Below are positions 49,613 to 59,687 of a stretch of 62,000 bases of DNA, piece by piece. The stretch's first letter is position 1. Every line of letters starts with the position of its first letter. The position numbers and the translations under genes are program-made. Source of the DNA: Acanthaster planci (taxonomy: Eukaryota); NCBI RefSeq assembly GCF_001949145.1, contig NW_019091402.1:930001-992000 (forward strand), written 5' to 3'. The notes beneath the pieces are model-generated. The model saw only the letters and a list, made by a program, of their open reading frames with translations, made no database searches and had not been told where the DNA came from.

Positions 49613-51901
49613 ATTTAATAAATAAATATAGCGATTACTTTCTTACCTACAAAGTTTTGTTTTAAAAAAAACCCTCAGGGAAGGGCAAGTTTACCCCCGC
49701 TGGACACGCCACTGTCCAATGACTCGGCAGCACAATAAGCCGATATGTGGCAAATGAGGAAGAGGCATGCCGCGCTCGTCAGTGGTTACCATGCTCGCTC
49801 TGGTTTGGTTGCAAGCTCATAGTTCCACATTTTTCAAGGCTCAGCAAAATAGCTTTTGCATGGGCGCTGCCCGACACATGATGGAATGTGGACAAAATCA
49901 TACAAAGGATTCTTGGTAAGCAAAGCCTTTAAGTTTTATAGGAAATCTAGTTACCTCCTCGGTCCCAGAAATGCCTTGGTTTCAAAGACATTTTCCCTAT
50001 AATACTAAGTCCTACATCACAGACCCCATGCACTTGGTACTCGTGCAATGACCATTGCTTTCACATAGCATGGAACTGTGGAAAAACCATGCAGTGCTAT
50101 CCATTTGGTTTGAGGAAGTGCTCCTCTAAAATATACACTGAAAAGGCAGGCTTGTGCGATGTTCATGCACGCATAAATAACTTTGTTACTTAACTAAATA
50201 AATAATTTTTTTTCCTTGTACACGACAAAGGAATAGAATATTTTCTACATAGGCCTACCTGTAAGTGCGTGACCTGACATTAAACAAAACTTGAACAATA
50301 TCACACCAGGAATGACTGAATCAGCCACCCATCTCAGGGGGAAGGTCAGACAAATTTCACAAAGGCGCATTTATTAACAACGCTTCAGCAAAATATGACA
50401 ATAGCAGGGACTAACCCAGAATGTTTCTCTGCCAGATTTCGTAATTTCCCGTTGGTAATTTGAACCAATGAGAGGAGGGTTGAGAAGGATAAATATCTAT
50501 GTAACCGAGATCGTTCCTGTTTTTGTACAATCGCACTAGAAGGTAGGATTTCAAAATTAATTTTGTAGTTATAACAGGAACTATAGAAGGTTCTTACGCA
50601 GTTAGACATTCGATATTGCAAAGAGCATATTTCTTTCGGAACTGATCAAAAGGTAGGCCTATCGTTTTGTTATTGTAAAATTTCAATCAAAAGTTTGAGA
50701 AATACGTGATCATCACAGCTTGACAGAATTGCTTAGAATTGCACTCATTCAGCAAAATTTCATAGTTCAATGTTACCTTACAGAATCGGGTTTTGAGCTG
50801 GGTTGAGCCTTTCATCGACGTAAGAGAAAAGACAGGGTAGATTGGTGGATCACTGCAATGACCAGGTGAGAAAAAAATTTAATCCACTGAGTTTATCAAG
50901 TGTTCTCTATCAAGCTCTGAAGGCGATTTTTTGACAAGCCCGAATCGACCCTAGACTCTGGAATTCTGTGTTAAAACGTCTAACTTCAAACCCTTTCGAG
51001 AATAACTTTGATTAACTGTTACTCCCCACTTAAATATGGTCGGAGAATAGATAAAACTTTTGTGATTATTTATTGCCGCCAGAACTTTTCAGAAGTAGCC
51101 AGTGAGTGGCAAGTGAGAAATCATTTTCGATATAAAATTGAATTCTGTTTCAAAGTAGAAAAAATCAGAATGAGTTAAAACTGATTTTAAAATTGCGTCA
51201 TTACATCACTACTAAGCTCTTACCTGAGAAGGGAAGCTGTTCGGGACGCGGTCAAAAATATTACGGCACTACCTAAATTAAGTAACAGCTTCAGCGCCAT
51301 TACTGGGTCGCAGGCACAAAGAAGGGGGAGGTTCATCGGGCTGGTTTGCGAAACGTACCATGATACAGGATAAAGAAGGGATTTGCTATTGTGGGTGTTC
51401 CTGGTTCAAAACCAAGGGGGGTATTTTGTTTTTGTTTTGATTTTCGAGGTTCAGTCACGTTGGAAAATATCAACTTCGGAAGATTATTATATTTACTATT
51501 TAAGAACAAAAGCTCACCTCGATGCGTTCTCGGCAGTACCATAACAAACTGCGGCAAAGATTAAGAGTGTAAAATGAAGTACGGCTGCGATCAAGACTTC
51601 TGGATACGAGGTACATACATTATGTATCTGCACTATACATGTAATCTGTAGAACTTATACCAGAAACATGTTGAATGAATCCATAATCAATGAAAATGGC
51701 AAGTTACTGTGACTGACGGCTACATTGTCTAAGTATAATTATTAACGACTGTCCAATAAATGACAATGATTTACCGTAAAAATTACTGTAATTCATTTAT
51801 CAGTAAAGACATACGCAGGATTGGTAAACTTACCAGGAAAAAATTACAGTGGCTACGTGCATTGTTCGGCATGCACAAGGGTTTATCCACTACGAACAAT
51901 T

Positions 51902-52468
51902 GGGTGGGCATTGTAAGTCGGATGCCTCATAAATCCCACGTCGGCCCAACGAGGTGTCGGACTTAATATGAGGCGTCAGTGCGATTGACTGTGAAACATG
52001 GAGGAGTGCGGGCCCGTGCGACGCGTCGCCCGCGAGTGAAATTCAACTTTGTTCGCTACTCGTGCCCAAGGTACTGACCCTGTTAGGAGAACTAAATTAA
52101 GCAGAATTCCTGCACAGTTCGTACACTGGTCCAGTATTTGTTTAATTCAAAATACCACTACGTGTAAGAATGATAAGTATGATACTTGGCTAAGTATAAA
52201 AATGCATTTTTCGACTGTAATACTTTTGAAATCTTAGAAATGTTTGTATGTGTCATAAGTAGTACACCATACTTGACACCAGGAACCGGTCTTGTTCACA
52301 GCACCCGCGTCTTCATACGCTCGTAACGAGCGTCAAATCAAACGTCGGACTTTCTCGAGGCGTCGGATTTTTTGAGGCGTTGGATCTATGCCATGGGCCG
52401 AAAAAACCGTTGGAACTTTTAAACACATTTTGTCGGACTTATGAGGCGTCGGACTTACGAGCCGACCC
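51902..52468. mobile_element. MULE-like/foldback MITE with repeated GAGGCGTCGGA subterminal motif
   Basis: Arms GGGTGGGCATTGTAAGTCGGATGCCTCATAA / TTATGAGGCGTCGGACTTACGAGCCGACCC, several GAGGCGTCGGA repeats, and degenerate 9-bp flanks CGAACAATT/CGGGCAATC. Confidence 0.55.
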
Positions 52469-53356
52469 CGGGCAATCTACATTACGAAATAAGGACAAAA
52501 ATGACGAGAATTAGCCCAATTAAAAACGAAGCGAATTTCAAAGAAAAGGTTTTCTTCTTAGAAGTAATGAACTTTTTTATATTAAAAGTTACTTGTCTTT
52601 CATGTGGCATCAAAGTTATTTGAAGGTAAACCTGGCAAAATTGTGAAATTTTGATACAAAGTTAGGTAAAAAATTATGTTATTAATTGTGATTTTTCGAA
52701 AAATTGACATTTTTCACTTCTTTGATTATTTTCCGGAGATCTTTCTTACCAGAAGCTATTAAATATCACCATTTGACAATGCAATTGACTTGACAATTTA
52801 TTCACATACAAGGTCTTCAAGGGACATGGCAGCACAATCTCTCACGTGTGTCACCCACGGACGTATAGGCCTATAAAAAAAACCTGGACTTGCAAAACCT
52901 TTGTATGAAAAAGAAGCCAACCAGCGGCGTCGTCAAGAAGAACAAAGGCGGGCATTGCCGGGCAAGCTTTGTATTCGGCTCGGTAAAATGGCCGCTAGTG
53001 GATTCTATGATCTCCATAAGCTGATTAAGGGCATTTTGAGTCCAGATTTTATTAAACATGTCCGTGGTGTCACCACCGATATGCGTCGTCTGCCAGAATA
53101 CTTACTCGTGCTGACGACAAATTGTCACTTTTGCGCATGCTCGAATACACAAACAAATGCACGCACAGTCTATGGGGGTCAAACATACGTGATCCATGTT
53201 TCATTGATACAGGTGAATTTTGACTCCTGGAAAACGCCATTCAGTTTGTCATCTGTCTGTACAAAATGCCAATGTAAAAATGTGAAAACTTAGCAGTTTG
53301 TTTGGGGCCATCCTGAAAATCAGACACTTATTCTTACAATTGACCTTTTTTGCAGT

Positions 53357-56300
53357 ATGAATTTAACGAAGATCCACCTCCTCTGGCTCGTCGTCTTCAT
53401 GGTACTTGCCTATCCCGAAGAACCGGTCTCTGCGGTGCATCCCGAGTTACTGGAGCCAGATAACAACCGGCCGCAATGTATTGGGACATCGAGAGGAACC
53501 AATTTTGTCCTCGGTTTCTCCGACAACTATCTGGGTTCTGAACCGAGCGAGCTGACCGTGTTGGTTGTTGCTTTCAGTGATGAGCAAACACTGGTCACAA
53601 TCAGCAGCAAGTTCCAGGTAGATGGAAAGCCATTCCAGGAGACCTTTGTCTTAGAGGCTGGTGGATTTATACGAACCATACTTCCTTCCGAGTTGGTAAT
53701 GGAAGCAAACGGGAGAAGCTTCAAGGGCATCGAAGTGACAGCATCTTCCGAGGTGGCTGCGTACGGCCTAATGCTTCAAAATTACACTACGGACGGTTTC
53801 CTCGCCATACCGACAAGTAAGCTCGGTATGCAATACGTTGTGGTGATGTCTACGCCGGTGGGAATTTTGCGGGGCCAGTTTTCTGTGATAGGGACGGAGG
53901 ATTCAACCATGGTTCAAATTGTCTTACGTGGTAGAGTGACCTTCGACGGACAGACTTATGTTGATGGCGACGTTCTGAGTTTCATGGTTGACAAACTGGA
54001 AGCTGTTCATCTTCAAGGGGACGTATTAGAAGACTTAACTGGTACTATTGTTCAGACTAACAGGCCAGTTGCCATATTTAGCGGCAATGAATGTGTAAGT
54101 AATCCGGGGTCAAACTGCGACACTTTGACTGAACAGCTGGTGCCCGTCAAAAGTTGGGGAGAAAATCACATCTACACTGCAGCCCGAAACACCGACAGTA
54201 ACAGTTACCGAATCGTTGCCTATTTCACTGATACAATTGTCACTATCCCAGGATTTGGAAACCAGTCATTAGGTGCTGGTGAATTTTGGGAAGGGAGTTT
54301 GTCTGGTTCCGGTCTCGTGTCTTCAACCAAACCAACTCTAATGACACAGCAGCTGGTGCACGTTAATGGCGAACTGGTGAACCCTTCACTGATACAGGTT
54401 CCTTCTGTGGAGCACTTTGATTACGAGTTTGGGTTCACGACACCGCCCTACTCTGGAGAGGATCGTGATGGCTTCTTCAATTTTATCAACATCATTGTGA
54501 AAAAGAACTCGCGCCAGAATGTTTACCTAAATGGATTTCCTATCAACGGGCCTAATGTAACAGAAAGTGACGTTCATGGCACTGATTATACATCACTGAC
54601 TGTCCAACTGCCTAAAGGAGAAGGGGTTTATCACGTGAAACAAATAGACCTTCAGTCATCGCCATTGTCAGTTATTGTCTATGGATATGAAATTCGTGAG
54701 TCCTATGGTTATGCTGCCGGCTTGTCTCTTACAAGTAACGAAGAATTTCTGAGTTTAACATCGTACTACTTACGAGAACTTGGTGGCGAGGTTTTCATTA
54801 CAACCGTTCCGTGCTTGGAAAGCAATGAAGTATCCTATCCCGGTGCCCAGTGTAAATTTTCCACTGGTTTCGGAGACGTTGTGGTACCTGGCGAACGCAC
54901 TGACGCCTACACCGTTATCTGTATCACCCCCACATTTTACAAGAACGGACTTATATCCGTTGGTGTCTCACTTGACGAGGGCAATTCGTTCCACTATTCT
55001 GGAATAGTCTATGTTGCCTCTGAAGAGGACCTTCTTCCATCACTAACTGTCCAACAGGTCAATTCTAAGTATGGCGATGACATCGTTAACCTTACCTCAG
55101 ATGACCCGATCATGTTATCCTGGGATCCTCGTAGTCTTGGTAAAGACGTCTCACGTGTGACTCTGATGGGGCAAGACGCCGATTACAACATCGAGGGAAA
55201 TCCGGTCTTAATGGAAGGTGTGGTATTGAAGGACGACGTCTTGAACAACGGTAGTCTGACGATTAATCCAAATCAGCTCCAATCTTTCTCTAATGATGGA
55301 CTGTCTCTCTCGGCGTTTTATCTTACTCCGTCTTCCGCACGACAACGAAGGGATATCGGTGGGCCACTGTTGAGGCGGTTGAGGATTTACTCTCCCATAG
55401 TTTTCATTGCGACTGCAATTACCTGTGAAGTTTCCAAGTACCAGTTGAGAAATACGCAACCGATGGGACTTCCCTCCTGTCCATGCAACAATGGACAGGC
55501 AGGGAATGACGCCAACTTTCAGGAAGCCAATTTTGCCAATTTCTTCTTCCATCCCGGTGCCGACGTCTGTTATCGGTCTGTTAATTCACTGCCATCAGGA
55601 GCAGGCCNNNNNNNNNNNNNNNNNNNNNNNNNNNNNNNNNNNNNNNNNNNNNNNNNNNNNNNNNNNNNNNNNNNNNNNNNNNNNNNNNNNNNNNNNNNNN
55701 NNNNNNNNNNNNNNNNNNNNNNNNNNNNNNNNNNNNNNNNNNNNNNNNNNNNNNNNNNNNNNNNNNNNNNNNNNNNNNNNNNNNNNNNNNNNNNNNNNNN
55801 NNNNNNNNNNNNNNNNNNNNNNNNNNNNNNNNNNNNNNNNNNNNNNNNNNNNNNNNNNNNNNNNNNNNNNNNNNNNNNNNNNNNNNNNNNNNNNNNNNNN
55901 NNNNNNNNNNNNNNNNNNNNNNNNNNNNNNNNNNNNNNNNNNNNNNNNNNNNNNNNNNNNNNNNNNNNNNNNNNNNNNNNNNNNNNNNNNNNNNNNNNNN
56001 NNNNNNNNNNNNNNNNNNNNNNNNNNNNNNNNNNNNNNNNNNNNNNNNNNNNNNNNNGAATCAGCTTCAACTCTGACCTGACCAAAATGAACATCGCATT
56101 TAGTGCCGGCATAGCTATCATCGTGTACATTGATACTGAGATGATGTCTTTCATTGTTCAGCTGGACACCAAATTTCAGGGTCAAGTTAGTGGGCTTCTT
56201 GGTAACCTAAATGGAAACCCGGACGATGACCTCCAGTTCCCAAATGGAACCATCATGGATTCTGGTTCATCGCTGAAGGAACTTCATGAGTTTGGTCTGG

Positions 56301-56842
56301 AGTGGTTGGTCAAAGAAGAGGACTCCATATTCACCTACATATCTCCATTTGACTACAGCACTTATCACTTTCCTGAATTTTCTCCTACCTTCGGGATTCC
56401 TGATCTGAACGAAGTGAGTCAGGAAATCAAAGACTTATGTGGTGATTCTGTTGAATGTGTCTTTGATGCAGTAACCACTGGTAGTCTGTCCTTTGCCAAT
56501 GCCACCCTGGTTGTGACCGGTACGATTACTGAAGTCCAAAACTCGTTGGTGAAGATTGTTAGCTGTGGCTTCCCAGGTGATATAGAGAATGGGCAGATGT
56601 CAGGGTCTGTGTATCTGGTGAATGCAACTGTTGATCTGACTTGTGACGAGGGCTTTGACCTGAAAGGGTCCTCCAGACTGACCTGTAAAGCGGATGGTCA
56701 GTGGTCATCTGCCATTCCTTTGTGCGTTAGCACACCCCAATGGTTTGCAGGGATCATAGCGGCCATTGTTGTCTGTGCTTTGCTCATTGCTCTTGCATTC
56801 AGCTGTCTGATCTACTTTATTTCGAAGAGCAAGAAATCTTGA
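53357..56842 (+). CDS. IgGFc-binding-N-terminal / IPT / AMOP / VWD / Sushi type-I membrane protein (SUSD2/Mesh-like chimera), copy B; apparently one coding exon with an N-gap (55608-56057)
   Basis: ORF of about 1160 aa (including the gap) with signal peptide MNLTKIHLLWLVVFMVLA. Collinear with copy A through all domains; TM AGIIAAIVVCALLIALAFSCLIYFI and tail SKSKKS. The acceptor TTTTTTGCAG immediately precedes t-ATG, implying an upstream exon. Confidence 0.92.
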   Translation: MNLTKIHLLWLVVFMVLAYPEEPVSAVHPELLEPDNNRPQCIGTSRGTNFVLGFSDNYLGSEPSELTVLVVAFSDEQTLVTISSKFQVDGKPFQETFVLEAGGFIRTILPSELVMEANGRSFKGIEVTASSEVAAYGLMLQNYTTDGFLAIPTSKLGMQYVVVMSTPVGILRGQFSVIGTEDSTMVQIVLRGRVTFDGQTYVDGDVLSFMVDKLEAVHLQGDVLEDLTGTIVQTNRPVAIFSGNECVSNPGSNCDTLTEQLVPVKSWGENHIYTAARNTDSNSYRIVAYFTDTIVTIPGFGNQSLGAGEFWEGSLSGSGLVSSTKPTLMTQQLVHVNGELVNPSLIQVPSVEHFDYEFGFTTPPYSGEDRDGFFNFINIIVKKNSRQNVYLNGFPINGPNVTESDVHGTDYTSLTVQLPKGEGVYHVKQIDLQSSPLSVIVYGYEIRESYGYAAGLSLTSNEEFLSLTSYYLRELGGEVFITTVPCLESNEVSYPGAQCKFSTGFGDVVVPGERTDAYTVICITPTFYKNGLISVGVSLDEGNSFHYSGIVYVASEEDLLPSLTVQQVNSKYGDDIVNLTSDDPIMLSWDPRSLGKDVSRVTLMGQDADYNIEGNPVLMEGVVLKDDVLNNGSLTINPNQLQSFSNDGLSLSAFYLTPSSARQRRDIGGPLLRRLRIYSPIVFIATAITCEVSKYQLRNTQPMGLPSCPCNNGQAGNDANFQEANFANFFFHPGADVCYRSVNSLPSGAGXXXXXXXXXXXXXXXXXXXXXXXXXXXXXXXXXXXXXXXXXXXXXXXXXXXXXXXXXXXXXXXXXXXXXXXXXXXXXXXXXXXXXXXXXXXXXXXXXXXXXXXXXXXXXXXXXXXXXXXXXXXXXXXXXXXXXXXXXXXXXXXXXXXXXXXISFNSDLTKMNIAFSAGIAIIVYIDTEMMSFIVQLDTKFQGQVSGLLGNLNGNPDDDLQFPNGTIMDSGSSLKELHEFGLEWLVKEEDSIFTYISPFDYSTYHFPEFSPTFGIPDLNEVSQEIKDLCGDSVECVFDAVTTGSLSFANATLVVTGTITEVQNSLVKIVSCGFPGDIENGQMSGSVYLVNATVDLTCDEGFDLKGSSRLTCKADGQWSSAIPLCVSTPQWFAGIIAAIVVCALLIALAFSCLIYFISKSKKS

Positions 56843-57681
56843 CCTGATATAACCTTGAATGAGGGCATCAAGTAACGTGCGAAAAGGTATCCCCTTTAGT
56901 CTGTTACCAAATGGAGTAATTTTCCAAACAATATCCATTTGTAACTGTGCCAAGGCGTACAACGAAACTCTAGAAGTACACAAATTGCAGTGGTTAATTA
57001 AGAATTTGCAATTCTTTAACGTAAATTTAATTCGTGCTTGTTCACCTCTAACAGGACAACATGTACTCTAAGAAAAACAATTCGATGTCAACACGCGTGG
57101 CATTCTTTTTCTCAGCCCCAGGTGAATCGCAAAGCTGCTGGGTAAAAAGATCAAAATGCTGGGTACCATAGTGGTTGTGCGAATGACATTTTCTACAACC
57201 GTTGAGTAAAGTAGAACAAAGTTGCCAATTTGTCAGGAGAGCACATCGGCCATTTTTTTTTTTTAATCTCTTCCGCTATAAATTTACTCTGTCGCATTGT
57301 ATGCAAGTTGAAATGTTATGTTTATGCGCTTCTCCATCTGTGTAGTTTGTACCTGTGTGTATAAGAAGAAAGTTTCTGCGAATTTTTGTAAGGTATGTAA
57401 CCGACGTGCATTTGAAGCCAAGATGTAATAAGAACAGGCATATAAAGGAATATGAATGGTTTGAGTTAGTATCAGTCGGTCAGAGAGCCAAAAGAGCGGG
57501 ATTTATTTTAAGTTTAATAGTATAGTAGCAGTAGCGTAAAGAGGTGTTAATTTGACAGTCAAACAGATGGAATCAATACTTCCACGAGTTCATACTTACT
57601 GCACATGGCCAAAACGATTTTATCAGCTGGATGTGGCCGAAGAAATTTGGCAACAAATACCATGGCAAGTATGACCTTATT

Positions 57682-57875
57682 CATTGTAAAAAGGTTGGTT
57701 AATTTGGGGTTGATATTTTGCCCAATGTTAGTGTAAATATCAACTTCCCAAATTCTTCCCAATCGTTGGTCAATGTTTGACCAACAGTGATGGAAATTAA
57801 CCAACAATGTGGTAACTTTAACCAAGGTTGGGCAAATAACAAATGCGCAGTGTTTGACCAATTCTTTTTACAGTG
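57682..57875. mobile_element. CMC/EnSpm-like MITE (CA[C/T]TG...CAGTG)
   Basis: CATTGTAAAAAGGTTGGT / ACCAATTCTTTTTACAGTG termini, 2-bp TT flanks, and internal ACCAA/TTGGT repeats. Confidence 0.55.
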
Positions 57876-58613
57876 TTCACAAGTCGGTCATGTTGAATTC
57901 AAAGCGAGATTATTACTTCTGGGATGGACCTGGGGTCGATTTCAAAATACTATGATGAATACCTTTACAGTTTGTGATTTTTAACTGAATTTTGTAATCG
58001 ACATTTTTTTGAAAAATAAAAATGGGGCATGGAAACCAAAACAGATGGATCCAGGGAACGTGATCGAAAATGGCTTCCGTACGGTCGAATAGGGTCGATT
58101 TAAGATCTGATAACAATAGCAAATCCGTTAGAGTGTGATGGCTTTAAGTATGACAGAGGTTTTTCTATCCAAAATGTATATATCTTTTAAAATTAGCGTC
58201 GCATCACTTATTGTCTTTGAATTAACTTTCAACTAATTATTCACTTTAGATTTAGATGTTCGTGTTTCCATCTAAATACACTTATGAAAAATATCTAAAT
58301 GTGAGTGTTAGAATCAGTTTTCCAGAAATAAATTGTATGTGTTACACAGAACCAGCTACAATTACGCAAAATATTTCTTTCAAATTCTTTCTATTGTATT
58401 GTAATAATCATCAGGATTGTTTTGCTCATTGCTTCCTATTAAACGGATTTCGTGTCTTAACACAAAAGCCTGAGTTTCACGCAGTTTTTACGATGAGTAG
58501 TGGTTTTGGTGATCAATCAATGGAGTCAATTATCCTACAGCCCTGCTGGATAAACTGTAATTCTCTAGAGAGAGAAATGCACCAAGATTTCATCTGACCT
58601 CCTCCCGAGATGG

Positions 58614-58785
58614 CACCGGTGGGAAACAAAAGTGCATTTCCAAGGGTTTGCAACGCGTTGGCTAATCACAACGCGCGGAATCTGTCGACCCTTTTCAAAC
58701 GTGCATCGAGTCGACAGATTTCGCGCATCGTGATTGGCCAACGCGTTGCAAACTCTTGGAGGTGCACTTTTGTGAACCGCCCGTA
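58614..58785. mobile_element. Palindromic MITE of the same family as 21919-22045
   Basis: About 76-bp imperfect inverted arms (..ACAAAAGTGCA..TCCAAG.GTTTGCAACGCGTTGG..AATC..GCGCG.AATCTGTCGAC) around a ~20-nt spacer. The right end ...TGTGAACCGCCCGTA matches the other copy. Confidence 0.7.
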
Positions 58786-59687
58786 TTGAGATTCTTGAAG
58801 ATCATCATTGAGCCGTTGCTTTGTTCCCAAAGGATTACCCCTGTGCAGGCACTAAGAGAATTTAGTTTGCCAACTGGCAACTACAAACAACGACAAATAC
58901 CTCTGACCAAACCTCGTTGTGAATTCAAATACTCAACTTTATTTCAGCATTTCTGTAGCTGCTAATGTTTTGAGGAAAAACAGTTAAACCCGAGGAACCT
59001 CAACATTCCGTTTTGATGAACGAACAACCACACACTGTTCTACATAAAGATGACAGTAAAGAATGAAGCTGTAAGAGCCGAATACAACCGGGTTATAAGC
59101 CCCGAGCTGGACCAAGAGAGGGCGCAATTTTCTTAGCGACGGAAGCTCCTTTGGTCGGAGCAGCACTTCGCTGGTTTACAAACGACTATGAAATGCACTT
59201 GTTACGGTTGCATTGCTACCAGCAAAAAGAATAGCCTACCCTCGACCAAAATGGCTCTTTTCAACCGATGGGGGAGACTGCTCATGGTGGACTATGGACT
59301 GGAAAAGAAAAGCTTCACACGATTCATCAATAAAAAAAAAAGCCAATCAGTCTTGGGAACTGTACATGAAGATTTGCTGAGCGCATGTAAGATTTCCATC
59401 TCAAATCTTACAATGTTTTTCCACAACGCATATAGTTATTGCAATATCAATTTTACGATATTTAAAAGTTAAGATCGTATTTTCATATTAAACAAAGCAT
59501 GGATTTGTCACCCACGATTATTCTAAAAGGCTGCCATGATCTCTTTTTTACAAGCTAGAATGATATTTGCCAATAAAATGAATACTACAAATTCGCTGAA
59601 GACTAAAGTAGGAAAGGACGATTTTCCAATCGTTTGCTACTTGAAGCATCGTTCCCTGTGACGTCATTCGTTTGGATCCATGACGTC

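Noticed and set aside
52340..52468. CRISPR-like repeated GAGGCGTCGGA motifs
   Set aside because: Short, irregularly spaced, no unique spacers or cas genes, and the context is eukaryotic; they are MITE subterminal repeats.
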